From NCBI GenBank assembly GCA_964016885.1, contig OZ024741.1, positions 353,586,001 to 353,650,000 on the forward strand: 64,000 bases of DNA, given 5' to 3'. The position numbers and the translations under genes are program-made. This document shows, in pieces, positions 25,500 through 40,089 of the stretch. Numbering within the stretch: position 1 is the stretch's first letter; every line of letters starts with the position of its first letter. The notes beneath the pieces were generated by a model. It worked only from the letters and a program-made list of their open reading frames with translations, was not told the DNA's origin and made no database searches. This DNA is from Eledone cirrhosa (Eukaryota).

Positions 25500-26503
25500 T
25501 AATAATAATAATAATAATAATAAGGGAAGAAGACGCACGTGGTGGATAGAAGGTCATGAAATCGCTCCCGTAAGTTTTTGATTTTTAACATATCTAAATC
25601 AATTGTGAAATAACAATTCTTAGTACAAATGATACATAAAGCACCAGACTCAAGTCTCAGAAAATTCGGATCCATAATATCCTGTTATATCGCTCAAATA
25701 TTTAATTTTGTATTATACATTTTATAGTCAAAAAAGAAAATGGTTATAAATGGAAGAAAACCCCCTCTGTCTACACTATATAGAACAGCCAATAACAGCA
25801 ATTTCACCAACACCACAAACTAGATATACCACCTATCCCATCACCCCTCTGTGTACACTAAATACAACAGCCAGATAACGGCAATTTCACCACCACCACC
25901 AATCCCAGCATAATAATAATAATTACTATTATTATTGTCTCAAGTTTTCACAAAATGTTTAATTCCAATATTAAGTGAATATGTCAACACATATATTAAA
26001 CATACGCGACAAACGCATAGATACACAGATCAAACAAAACTACAGTCTATTCAACAAAACTCAGTAACGACAACGCCATCACTATAGTCACCGACGCCAC
26101 CACTCCATACATCATTGCTACCACTATCCCATCACCGCCGCCACCACTCCTTCATTGCTACCACCACTATTCCCCCATTACCTTCTGTTAACTTAAGAAA
26201 GGGGAAGGTGGCGGTATCACTAGACAAGGGAGAGGCTAGCAAAAGATATAAATAGATTGACTTAGTGACCCGGCCACCGGCCAAACGTCAACGAAAATGG
26301 CACTGCTGGCTCCCCCCTTCCCCACCAACAATAGGAAAAGCCCCAGCACCACCACCGACATAGCCAACAACAATAACAGGCAACTTCAGCAAAAAGTATA
26401 TTATATTATTAATAATTTCATTCTTAAGCCACGCAATGCTCACATTAAGGAACCACTCATGATAATAACAATTTAAAAAAAACAACAAAAAAGAAAACCC
26501 CGT

Positions 26504-26700
26504 GACCAAGAAATACCGGGATGGCGGCCTACGGGGAATAGCCGTGTCTCTAGGGGAGGACGACCCCTCTAGTCTTGGTTGACACTCGTCCTAGAAGTGG
26601 TAACACGAAATGATTACCCCTTGGCGGATAAGGATAAAACGCGACAAAATAAAGTAAATGTCTAATGATAAAATCTCATACCGGATCGGCCGTCACCCGG
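26504..26700 (+). ncRNA. Structured 5' leader, candidate HDV-like ribozyme fold (repeated in every unit)
   Basis: Pairings GACCAA/TTGGTT, AGGAC/GTCCT and GAC/GTC in nested-pseudoknot order; catalytic strand non-canonical. Confidence 0.35.
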
Positions 26701-29700
26701 GTAAAAAAGGGCCGCGTCCCTCAGAGAGGAACCAGACTGGGGTCGAAAAATCAGCTAATGGTTCAAACCTTCCCATCACTTCGGAGCTGGAGACCTCCCA
26801 TAACCGGAATACTCCTACTGTTGGCCCTCCATGCTCACCACCAAGAAATCAAAAGAAAAAGAGAGAAAAATGGTCAAGGGAAGATAATAAAGAAGTCCTT
26901 GAGGCTTTCTACACTGCCATGTACTACCCATCAAATACATCGAATACAGAACAGACATATATCAACTGGAAAAAGAAACATCCCGAAAACAGAGGCTATA
27001 TTGACAGTAACAAACTAGCCAATATACGAAGAAATATTGTAACTGATATAGACATTGATCAGATCAAGCTATTAGCACAAAGTCAGCGAAGGGAAAATGA
27101 AACATGTGTCAGTGGAAATGAGGTAAATTGTAACACTTCGAATCCCAGGGTTGGGGCGGAATCACTGACAACAGAATAAATTAAAGAAAGGATCGAAAAA
27201 GTGGAGGGAGTGCATGCTCAAGATGAAACTCAAAATGGAAACAATGAGATCGTAAATGATAAAGAAATGAATGAGAATGAACTTGCCAACTTGAAGGATG
27301 AAATTATGATCGAATGGATGAAAATGAAAGAATCTGACATGGGGGAACGAGACACCCTCCCTAAGATCCAGAACTCCAAACAGAACCACAAGACTAACAT
27401 AATTCTCAAAAACATTATCATCACAAACAAACTAAACATTACTGATTTAAATCATCTCTATTATGCATCAGCTAAAGTCACCACTCACTTATGTGGAGTG
27501 AAGATGAAAAAACAAAGGAATTCCCACAAGAAATCTACTTGGCAAGAGAACATCAATCGCCAAATAAACCTTCTCCGATCTGACATAGAAATTTTAACAA
27601 ACTATAAAGTAGGTGAACATGTTAAACAAACTAAACTTAGAAAATTGAAAAGAAAGTACAGTATAAAATCAACAAGTGACATAGACATGCTGATAGAAAT
27701 AATCAAGCAAAAAGTGTCGGCCAAAGCTGCTCGGATAAGGCGCTTTGAAAAACGATTAGGATTCTATAAGGACAATAATATGTTCAAAAACAACCAAAGA
27801 AACTTCTACAGAAAAATTGGTAAATCAACAAACTGCTAAATCAATACCACCCAAGGAGGAAGTGCAAGAATTCTGGGAAAAGATCTGGGCCGAAGAAAAA
27901 GTTCATAATATACATGCCCCATGGATAGACAGACAAATGAAAGATACAGCTCACCTTGAGGAACAAATATGGGAAAGTATAACAGTTGAACAGTTGCGTT
28001 TGGCTCTAAGAAAAACCAGCAAATGGAAATCCCCAGGAAAAGACAAAATACAAAATTTTTGGATAAATGCCTTTACAGAGTCTCATGAGCTGTTAGCCCA
28101 ACTTTACAATGAAATAGTTAAGGAGCCAGAAAAGATACCTTCATGGCTAGTTAACGGCATTACATTCCTGCTTCCGAAGAATGATGAGACAAACAATCCC
28201 CAAAATTACAGACCGATAACTTGCTTGACCACAATGTATAACATTTTAACATCAGTCCTAACTGAATACACATATGACCACCTGATAACAAATGATCCAT
28301 TTCCCATTGAGCAGAAAGGGTGTAAACGAGGCTCATATGGCTGTAAGGATCAGCTTCTGGTTAACAAAATGATACTGGAAGATTGTCATAATAGACACAA
28401 AAATCTATCGATTGCTTGGATAGATTATAAAAAAGCATTCGATACTTTGCCACACAGTTGGATTGAAAAATGTTTAGAGATTTTCAAAATATCCCCCGTT
28501 GTCAGGAGGTTTTTGTCATTCAGTATGAAGACATGGAAAACGACACTCCTTTTGAATAGTGAAACAAAATCACTGGAAGCTGGAGAAGTTAATATTAATT
28601 GTGGAATTTTTCAGGGTGACTCTTTATCACCGCTTTTATTCTGCATCGCACTTATACCATTAAGTAAAATGCTCAATAAAACAAAACATGGATATAAAGT
28701 CTATGACAAAACCATTAATCACCTGTTCTACATGGATGACCTGAAACTATTTGCAAAAAAATGATGAACAATTGCAAGGGCTATTATCCACTGTGAAGCA
28801 GTTCAGTGATGACATTAAAATGGAGTTTGGACTAGATAAATGCGCCAAAGCAACGTTCACCAGAGGAAAGCTGCTGAAGAGTTCAGACATTAATCTTGAT
28901 CGGGGGAACGTGATAAGAGAACTTGATCAAGAAAAAACTTACAAATATCTAGGTGTTTGTGAAGGAGACGGAATCAAGCACTCTACAATGAGGGAAAGGA
29001 TAAGGAAGGAATGTTACCGCAGAGTAAGAGCAATCTTAAGAACGGAATTGAATGCAAGGAATAGGATCGATGCCATAAACACGCTTGCCATACCAGTAGT
29101 AACCTACAGTTACAATGTCATCAACTGGTCAAGCACAGAGATCCGTAGGCTCGATACAAAAATTCGAAAATTCTTAACCATGCACAGAATGCATCACCCT
29201 AAGGCAGATATAGATAGAATATATCTCCCTAGGAAAGAAGGAGGACGTGGGTTAATCCAGTTAGACATTGCGTTGAAAACTGCAACAATTGGATTATCTA
29301 CATATCTAAGGGAATCACATGATTGGATGATCAAACTCGTTTTGAAACACGAAAGCATCAAAAGATCATATTCCATTACAAAAGATGCACAAAGATACAG
29401 TAATGGACTACAAATTTCAGAAGTCCCATTTACTGCTGAAATGGAAAACACAGAAAAAGCAAAGCAGGTAAAAGTAACTGCAAAGAAAGAACTGCTACAG
29501 AAAATGGCTAAGAAATGGCAAGAAAAGCCTCTGTATGGAAAATACCAAGAGCGATCTAACAATCCTGATGTTGACAAAACTTTAACCCATCAGTGGTTGG
29601 CATCCTCTGGACTGAAATTAGAGACTGAAGGACTGATTATACCGGCACAAGATCAGTGTCTGCCAACAAAAAATTACCAAGCCAACATAATAAAAAATGG

Positions 29701-30267
29701 GTGCAGCCCATTATGCCGTGTATGCAAAAAACAACCAGAGACCATTGACCATATAATTTCAATGTGCAGTCCTATAGCTCCAACCGAATACCTAAACAGG
29801 CATGACAGAGCTGCACAATACATACATTGGATAATGTGTAAGCATTTTGACCTGCCCCATCAAAAGAATTGGTGGGAGCATCAACCACCTCCCATACTTG
29901 AAAAAGATCACATCTCAATCTTGTGGAACTTTAGCATCCAAACAGACCGAAAAATAGATGCAAACAGACCTGATATAATATTGAAAGACTTTCAAAAGAG
30001 GGTATGCCTGCTAATTGATATGTCTGTTCCAATAGACAAGAATGTATCTATAAAAACATTTGAAAAATTGAGCTGGAGATAGAAATTGGAAAAATATGGA
30101 AATTGAGAACTAAAACAATACCAGTGGTTGTAGGCGCTCTGGGAATGATACCTAAGGGGTCTAATGATTACTTATCGCAAATCCCAGGAAACCCGCGTAT
30201 AGGAGAAATACAAAAGATAGTACTAATGGGAACTGCCCATATACTAAGGAAGATTCTGTCAATATAA
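26658..30267 (+). pseudogene. Dong-like B2 ORF (unit 25524-30411): RT-CCHC-RLE with one stop and three frameshifts
   Basis: ORFs 26658-27179, 27201-27839, 27817-28764, 28751-30082. Confidence 0.93.
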
Positions 30268-31568
30268 GTACATCACAAGTCTAAACACTAAAGATGCATG
30301 TGTGAATATGTATGTTCTTTCTTGAACATGGCGGACCTTGGTGTCTCTTGAGGTCACTGGTTGTGACTTGGTGATAACTCGTATGAACATAAAGCAAGAT
30401 AAATGTAACTGTAATAATAATAATAATAATAATAAGGGAAGAAGACGCACGTGGTGGATAGAAGGTCATGAAATCGCTCCCGTAAGTTTTTGATTTTTAA
30501 CATATTTAAATCAATTGTGAAATAACAATTCTTAGTACAAATGATACATAAAGCACCAGACTCAAGTCTCAGAAAATTCGGATCCATAATATCCTGTTAT
30601 ATCGCTCAAATATTTAATTTTGTATTATACATTTTATAGTCAAAAAAGAAAATGGTTATAAATGGAAGAAAACCCCCTCTGTCTACACTATATAGAACAG
30701 CCAATAACAGCAATTTCACCAACACCACAAACTAGATATACCACCTATCCCATCACCCCTCTGTGTACACTAAATACAACAGCCAGATAACGGCAATTTC
30801 ACCACCACCACCAATCCCAGCATAATAATAATAATTACTATTATTATTGTCTCAAGTTTTCACAAAATGTTTAATTCCAATATTAAGTGAATATGTCAAC
30901 ACATATATTAAACATACGCGACAAACGCATAGATACACAGATCAAACAAAACTACAGTCTATTCAACAAAACTCAGTAACGACAACGCCATCACTATAGT
31001 CACCGACGCCACCACTCCATACATCATTGCTACCACTATCCCATCACCGCCGCCACCACTCCTTCATTGCTACCACCACTATTCCCCATTACCTTCTGTT
31101 AACTTAAGAAAGGGGAAGGTGGCGGTATCACTAGACAAGGGAGAGGCTAGCAAAAGATATAAATAGATTGACTTAGTGACCCGGCCACCGGCCAAACGTC
31201 AACGAAAATGGCACTGCTGGCTCCCCCCTTCCCCACCAACAATAGGAAAAGCCCCAGCACCACCACCGACATAGCCAACAACAATAACAGGCAACTTCAG
31301 CAAAAAGTATATTATATTATTAATAATTTCATTCTTAAGCCACGCAATGCTCACATTAAGGAACCACTCATGATAATAACAATTTAAAAAAAACAACAAA
31401 AAAGAAAACCCCGTGACCAAGAAATACCGGGATGGCGGCCTACGGGGAATAGCCGTGTCTCTAGGGGAGGACGACCCCTCTAGTCTTGGTTGACACTCGT
31501 CCTAGAAGTGGTAACACGAAATGATTACCCCTTGGCGGATAAGGATAAAACGCGACAAAATAAAGTAA

Positions 31569-34500
31569 ATGTCTAATGATAAAATCTCATACCGGATCGG
31601 CCGTCACCCGGGTAAAAAAGGGCCGCGTCCCTCAGAGAGGAACCAGACTGGGGTCGAAAAATCAGCTAATGGTTCAAACCTTCCCATCACTTCGGAGCTG
31701 GAGACCTCCCATAACCGGAATACTCCTACTGTTGGCCCTCCATGCTCACCACCAAGAAATCAAAAGAAAAAGAGAGAAAAATGGTCAAGGGAAGATAATA
31801 AAGAAGTCCTTGAGGCTTTCTACACTGCCATGTACTACCCATCAAATACATCGAATACAGAACAGACATATATCAACTGGAAAAAGAAACATCCCGAAAA
31901 CAGAGGCTATATTGACAGTAACAAACTAGCCAATATACGAAGAAATATTGTAACTGATATAGACATTGATCAGATCAAGCTATTAGCACAAAGTCAGCGA
32001 AGGGAAAATGAAACATGTGTCAGTGGAAATGAGGTAAATTGTAACACTTCGAATCCCAGGGTTGGGGCGGAATCACTGACAACAGAATAAATTAAAGAAA
32101 GGATCGAAAAAGTGGAGGGAGTGCATGCTCAAGATGAAACTCAAAATGGAAACAATGAGATCGTAAATGATAAAGAAATGAATGAGAATGAACTTGCCAA
32201 CTTGAAGGATGAAATTATGATCGAATGGATGAAAATGAAAGAATCTGACATGGGGGAACGAGACACCCTCCCTAAGATCCAGAACTCCAAACAGAACCAC
32301 AAGACTAACATAATTCTCAAAAACATTATCATCACAAACAAACTAAACATTACTGATTTAAATCATCTCTATTATGCATCAGCTAAAGTCACCACTCACT
32401 TATGTGGAGTGAAGATGAAAAAACAAAGGAATTCCCACAAGAAATCTACTTGGCAAGAGAACATCAATCGCCAAATAAACCTTCTCCGATCTGACATAGA
32501 AATTTTAACAAACTATAAAGTAGGTGAACATGTTAAACAAACTAAACTTAGAAAATTGAAAAGAAAGTACAGTATAAAATCAACAAGTGACATAGACATG
32601 CTGATAGAAATAATCAAGCAAAAAGTGTCGGCCAAAGCTGCTCGGATAAGGCGCTTTGAAAAACGATCTAGATTCTATAAGGACAATAATATGTTCAAAA
32701 ACAACCAAAGAAACTTCTACAGAAAAATTGGTAAATCAACAAACTGCTAAATCAATACCACCCAAGGAGGAAGTGCAAGAATTCTGGGAAAAGATCTGGG
32801 CCGAAGAAAAAGTTCATAATATACATGCCCCATGGATAGACAGACAAATGAAAGATACAGCTCACCTTGAGGAACAAATATGGGAAAGTATAACAGTTGA
32901 ACAGTTGCGTTTGGCTCTAAGAAAAACCAGCAAATGGAAATCCCCAGGAAAAGACAAAATACAAAATTTTTGGATAAATGCCTTTACAGAGTCTCATGAG
33001 CTGTTAGCCCAACTTTACAATGAAATAGTTAAGGAGCCAGAAAAGATACCTTCATGGCTAGTTAACGGCATTACATTCCTGCTTCCGAAGAATGATGAGA
33101 CAAACAATCCCCAAAATTACAGACCGATAACTTGCTTGACCACAATGTATAACATTTTAACATCAGTCCTAACTGAATACACATATGACCACCTGATAAC
33201 AAATGACCCATTTCCCATTGAGCAGAAAGGGTGTAAACGAGGCTCATATGGCTGTAAGGATCAGCTTCTGGTTAACAAAATGATACTGGAAGATTGTCAT
33301 AATAGACACAAAAATCTATCGATTGCTTGGATAGATTATAAAAAAGCATTCGATACTTTGCCACACAGTTGGATTGAAAAATGTTTAGAGATTTTCAAAA
33401 TATCCCCCGTTGTCAGGAGGTTTTTGTCATTCAGTATGAAGACATGGAAAACGACACTCCTTTTGAATAGTGAAACAAAATCACTGGAAGCTGGAGAAGT
33501 TAATATTAATTGTGGAATTTTTCAGGGTGACTCTTTATCACCGCTTTTATTCTGCATCGCACTTATACCATTAAGTAAAATGCTCAATAAAACAAAACAT
33601 GGATATAAAGTCTATGACAAAACCATTAATCACCTGTTCTACATGGATGACCTGAAACTATTTGCAAAAAAATGATGAACAATTGCAAGGGCTATTATCC
33701 ACTGTGAAGCAGTTCAGTGATGACATTAAAATGGAGTTTGGACTAGATAAATGCGCCAAAGCAACGTTCACCAGAGGAAAGCTGCTGAAGAGTTCAGACA
33801 TTAATCTTGATCGGGGGAACGTGATAAGAGAACTTGATCAAGAAAAAACTTACAAATATCTAGGTGTTTGTGAAGGAGACGGAATCAAGCACTCTACAAT
33901 GAGGGAAAGGATAAGGAAGGAATGTTACCGCAGAGTAAGAGCAATCTTAAGAACGGAATTGAATGCAAGGAATAGGATCGATGCCATAAACACGCTTGCC
34001 ATACCAGTAGTAACCTACAGTTACAATGTCATCAACTGGTCAAGCACAGAGATCCGTAGGCTCGATACAAAAATTCGAAAATTCTTAACCATGCACAGAA
34101 TGCATCACCCTAAGGCAGATATAGATAGAATATATCTCCCTAGGAAAGAAGGAGGACGTGGGTTAATCCAGTTAGACATTGCGTTGAAAACTGCAACAAT
34201 TGGATTATCTACATATCTAAGGGAATCACATGATTGGATGATCAAACTCGTTTTGAAACACGAAAGCATCAAAAGATCATATTCCATTACAAAAGATGCA
34301 CAAAGATACAGTAATGGACTACAAATTTCAGAAGTCCCATTTACTGCTGAAATGGAAAACACAGAAAAAGCAAAGCAGGTAAAAGTAACTGCAAAGAAAG
34401 AACTGCTACAGAAAATGGCTAAGAAATGGCAAGAAAAGCCTCTGTATGGAAAATACCAAGAGCGATCTAACAATCCTGATGTTGACAAAACTTTAACCCA

Positions 34501-35178
34501 TCAGTGGTTGGCATCCTCTGGACTGAAATTAGAGACTGAAGGACTGATTATACCGGCACAAGATCAGTGTCTGCCAACAAAAAATTACCAAGCCAACATA
34601 ATAAAAAATGGGTGCAGCCCATTATGCCGTGTATGCAAAAAACAACCAGAGACCATTGACCATATAATTTCAATGTGCAGTCCTATAGCTCCAACCGAAT
34701 ACCTAAACAGGCATGACAGAGCTGCACAATACATACATTGGATAATGTGTAAGCATTTTGACCTGCCCCATCAAAAGAATTGGTGGGAGCATCAACCACC
34801 TCCCATACTTGAAAAAGATCACATCTCAATCTTGTGGAACTTTAGCATCCAAACAGACCGAAAAATAGATGCAAACAGACCTGATATAATATTGAAAGAC
34901 TTTCAAAAGAGGGTATGCCTGCTAATTGATATGTCTGTTCCAATAGACAAGAATGTATCTATAAAAACATTTGAAAAATTGAGCTGGAGATAGAAATTGG
35001 AAAAATATGGAAATTGAGAACTAAAACAATACCAGTGGTTGTAGGCGCTCTGGGAATGATACCTAAGGGGTCTAATGATTACTTATCGCAAATCCCAGGA
35101 AACCCGCGTATAGGAGAAATACAAAAGATAGTACTAATGGGAACTGCCCATATACTAAGGAAGATTCTGTCAATATAA
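31569..35178 (+). pseudogene. Dong-like B3 ORF, same lesions
   Basis: ORFs starting 31569, 32112, 32656, 33662. Confidence 0.93.
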
Positions 35179-36479
35179 GTACATCACAAGTCTAAACACT
35201 AAAGATGCATGTGTGAATATGTATGTTCTTTCTTGAACATGGCGGACCTTGGTGTCTCTTGAGGTCACTGGTTGTGACTTGGTGATAACTCGTATGAACA
35301 TAAAGCAAGATAAATGTAACTGTAATAATAATAATAATAATAATAAGGGAAGAAGACGCACGTGGTGGATAGAAGGTCATGAAATCGCTCCCGTAAGTTT
35401 TTGATTTTTAACATATTTAAATCAATTGTGAAATAACAATTCTTAGTACAAATGATACATAAAGCACCAGACTCAAGTCTCAGAAAATTCGGATCCATAA
35501 TATCCTGTTATATCGCTCAAATATTTAATTTTGTATTATACATTTTATAGTCAAAAAAGAAAATGGTTATAAATGGAAGAAAACCCCCTCTGTCTACACT
35601 ATATAGAACAGCCAATAACAGCAATTTCACCAACACCACAAACTAGATATACCACCTATCCCATCACCCCTCTGTGTACACTAAATACAACAGCCAGATA
35701 ACGGCAATTTCACCACCACCACCAATCCCAGCATAATAATAATAATTACTATTATTATTGTCTCAAGTTTTCACAAAATGTTTAATTCCAATATTAAGTG
35801 AATATGTCAACACATATATTAAACATACGCGACAAACGCATAGATACACAGATCAAACAAAACTACAGTCTATTCAACAAAACTCAGTAACGACAACGCC
35901 ATCACTATAGTCACCGACGCCACCACTCCATACATCATTGCTACCACTATCCCATCACCGCCGCCACCACTCCTTCATTGCTACCACCACTATTCCCCAT
36001 TACCTTCTGTTAACTTAAGAAAGGGGAAGGTGGCGGTATCACTAGACAAGGGAGAGGCTAGCAAAAGATATAAATAGATTGACTTAGTGACCCGGCCACC
36101 GGCCAAACGTCAACGAAAATGGCACTGCTGGCTCCCCCCTTCCCCACCAACAATAGGAAAAGCCCCAGCACCACCACCGACATAGCCAACAACAATAACA
36201 GGCAACTTCAGCAAAAAGTATATTATATTATTAATAATTTCATTCTTAAGCCACGCAATGCTCACATTAAGGAACCACTCATGATAATAACAATTTAAAA
36301 AAAACAACAAAAAAGAAAACCCCGTGACCAAGAAATACCGGGATGGCGGCCTACGGGGAATAGCCGTGTCTCTAGGGGAGGACGACCCCTCTAGTCTTGG
36401 TTGACACTCGTCCTAGAAGTGGTAACACGAAATGATTACCCCTTGGCGGATAAGGATAAAACGCGACAAAATAAAGTAA

Positions 36480-39400
36480 ATGTCTAATGATAAAATCTCA
36501 TACCGGATCGGCCGTCACCCGGGTAAAAAAGGGCCGCGTCCCTCAGAGAGGAACCAGACTGGGGTCGAAAAATCAGCTAATGGTTCAAACCTTCCCATCA
36601 CTTCGGAGCTGGAGACCTCCCATAACCGGAATACTCCTACTGTTGGCCCTCCATGCTCACCACCAAGAAATCAAAAGAAAAAGAGAGAAAAATGGTCAAG
36701 GGAAGATAATAAAGAAGTCCTTGAGGCTTTCTACACTGCCATGTACTACCCATCAAATACATCGAATACAGAACAGACATATATCAACTGGAAAAAGAAA
36801 CATCCCGAAAACAGAGGCTATATTGACAGTAACAAACTAGCCAATATACGAAGAAATATTGTAACTGATATAGACATTGATCAGATCAAGCTATTAGCAC
36901 AAAGTCAGCGAAGGGAAAATGAAACATGTGTCAGTGGAAATGAGGTAAATTGTAACACTTCGAATCCCAGGGTTGGGGCGGAATCACTGACAACAGAATA
37001 AATTAAAGAAAGGATCGAAAAAGTGGAGGGAGTGCATGCTCAAGATGAAACTCAAAATGGAAACAATGAGATCGTAAATGATAAAGAAATGAATGAGAAT
37101 GAACTTGCCAACTTGAAGGATGAAATTATGATCGAATGGATGAAAATGAAAGAATCTGACATGGGGGAACGAGACACCCTCCCTAAGATCCAGAACTCCA
37201 AACAGAACCACAAGACTAACATAATTCTCAAAAACATTATCATCACAAACAAACTAAACATTACTGATTTAAATCATCTCTATTATGCATCAGCTAAAGT
37301 CACCACTCACTTATGTGGAGTGAAGATGAAAAAACAAAGGAATTCCCACAAGAAATCTACTTGGCAAGAGAACATCAATCGCCAAATAAACCTTCTCCGA
37401 TCTGACATAGAAATTTTAACAAACTATAAAGTAGGTGAACATGTTAAACAAACTAAACTTAGAAAATTGAAAAGAAAGTACAGTATAAAATCAACAAGTG
37501 ACATAGACATGCTGATAGAAATAATCAAGCAAAAAGTGTCGGCCAAAGCTGCTCGGATAAGGCGCTTTGAAAAACGATCTAGATTCTATAAGGACAATAA
37601 TATGTTCAAAAACAACCAAAGAAACTTCTACAGAAAAATTGGTAAATCAACAAACTGCTAAATCAATACCACCCAAGGAGGAAGTGCAAGAATTCTGGGA
37701 AAAGATCTGGGCCGAAGAAAAAGTTCATAATATACATGCCCCATGGATAGACAGACAAATGAAAGATACAGCTCACCTTGAGGAACAAATATGGGAAAGT
37801 ATAACAGTTGAACAGTTGCGTTTGGCTCTAAGAAAAACCAGCAAATGGAAATCCCCAGGAAAAGACAAAATACAAAATTTTTGGATAAATGCCTTTACAG
37901 AGTCTCATGAGCTGTTAGCCCAACTTTACAATGAAATAGTTAAGGAGCCAGAAAAGATACCTTCATGGCTAGTTAACGGCATTACATTCCTGCTTCCGAA
38001 GAATGATGAGACAAACAATCCCCAAAATTACAGACCGATAACTTGCTTGACCACAATGTATAACATTTTAACATCAGTCCTAACTGAATACACATATGAC
38101 CACCTGATAACAAATGATCCATTTCCCATTGAGCAGAAAGGGTGTAAACGAGGCTCATATGGCTGTAAGGATCAGCTTCTGGTTAACAAAATGATACTGG
38201 AAGATTGTCATAATAGACACAAAAATCTATCGATTGCTTGGATAGATTATAAAAAAGCATTCGATACTTTGCCACACAGTTGGATTGAAAAATGTTTAGA
38301 GATTTTCAAAATATCCCCCGTTGTCAGGAGGTTTTTGTCATTCAGTATGAAGACATGGAAAACGACACTCCTTTTGAATAGTGAAACAAAATCACTGGAA
38401 GCTGGAGAAGTTAATATTAATTGTGGAATTTTTCAGGGTGACTCTTTATCACCGCTTTTATTCTGCATCGCACTTATACCATTAAGTAAAATGCTCAATA
38501 AAACAAAACATGGATATAAAGTCTATGACAAAACCATTAATCACCTGTTCTACATGGATGACCTGAAACTATTTGCAAAAAAATGATGAACAATTGCAAG
38601 GGCTATTATCCACTGTGAAGCAGTTCAGTGATGACATTAAAATGGAGTTTGGACTAGATAAATGCGCCAAAGCAACGTTCACCAGAGGAAAGCTGCTGAA
38701 GAGTTCAGACATTAATCTTGATCGGGGGAACGTGATAAGAGAACTTGATCAAGAAAAAACTTACAAATATCTAGGTGTTTGTGAAGGAGACGGAATCAAG
38801 CACTCTACAATGAGGGAAAGGATAAGGAAGGAATGTTACCGCAGAGTAAGAGCAATCTTAAGAACGGAATTGAATGCAAGGAATAGGATCGATGCCATAA
38901 ACACGCTTGCCATACCAGTAGTAACCTACAGTTACAATGTCATCAACTGGTCAAGCACAGAGATCCGTAGGCTCGATACAAAAATTCGAAAATTCTTAAC
39001 CATGCACAGAATGCATCACCCTAAGGCAGATATAGATAGAATATATCTCCCTAGGAAAGAAGGAGGACGTGGGTTAATCCAGTTAGACATTGCGTTGAAA
39101 ACTGCAACAATTGGATTATCTACATATCTAAGGGAATCACATGATTGGATGATCAAACTCGTTTTGAAACACGAAAGCATCAAAAGATCATATTCCATTA
39201 CAAAAGATGCACAAAGATACAGTAATGGACTACAAATTTCAGAAGTCCCATTTACTGCTGAAATGGAAAACACAGAAAAAGCAAAGCAGGTAAAAGTAAC
39301 TGCAAAGAAAGAACTGCTACAGAAAATGGCTAAGAAATGGCAAGAAAAGCCTCTGTATGGAAAATACCAAGAGCGATCTAACAATCCTGATGTTGACAAA

Positions 39401-40089
39401 ACTTTAACCCATCAGTGGTTGGCATCCTCTGGACTGAAATCAGAGACTGAAGGACTGATTATACCGGCACAAGATCAGTGTCTGCCAACAAAAAATTACC
39501 AAGCCAACATAATAAAAAATGGGTGCAGCCCATTATGCCGTGTATGCAAAAAACAACCAGAGACCATTGACCATATAATTTCAATGTGCAGTCCTATAGC
39601 TCCAACCGAATACCTAAACAGGCATGACAGAGCTGCACAATACATACATTGGATAATGTGTAAGCATTTTGACCTGCCCCATCAAAAGAATTGGTGGGAG
39701 CATCAACCACCTCCCATACTTGAAAAAGATCACATCTCAATCTTGTGGAACTTTAGCATCCAAACAGACCGAAAAATAGATGCAAACAGACCTGATATAA
39801 TATTGAAAGACTTTCAAAAGAGGGTATGCCTGCTAATTGATATGTCTGTTCCAATAGACAAGAATGTATCTATAAAAACATTTGAAAAATTGAGCTGGAG
39901 ATAGAAATTGGAAAAATATGGAAATTGAGAACTAAAACAATACCAGTGGTTGTAGGCGCTCTGGGAATGATACCTAAGGGGTCTAATGATTACTTATCGC
40001 AAATCCCAGGAAACCCGCGTATAGGAGAAATACAAAAGATAGTACTAATGGGAACTGCCCATATACTAAGGAAGATTCTGTCAATATAA
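36480..40089 (+). pseudogene. Dong-like B4 ORF, same lesions
   Basis: ORFs starting 36480, 37023, 37567, 38573. Confidence 0.93.

Noticed and set aside
26658-27839. Separate ORF1-like genes (173 aa and 212 aa) in the array units
   Set aside because: Same frame separated by one TAA; R4-type elements have a single ORF, so these are pseudogene fragments.
28751-28764. Programmed frameshift at GCAAAAAAATGA conserved in seven copies
   Set aside because: It lies in the RT core right after YMDD, family A reads through this region, and sharing is explained by descent from B1.
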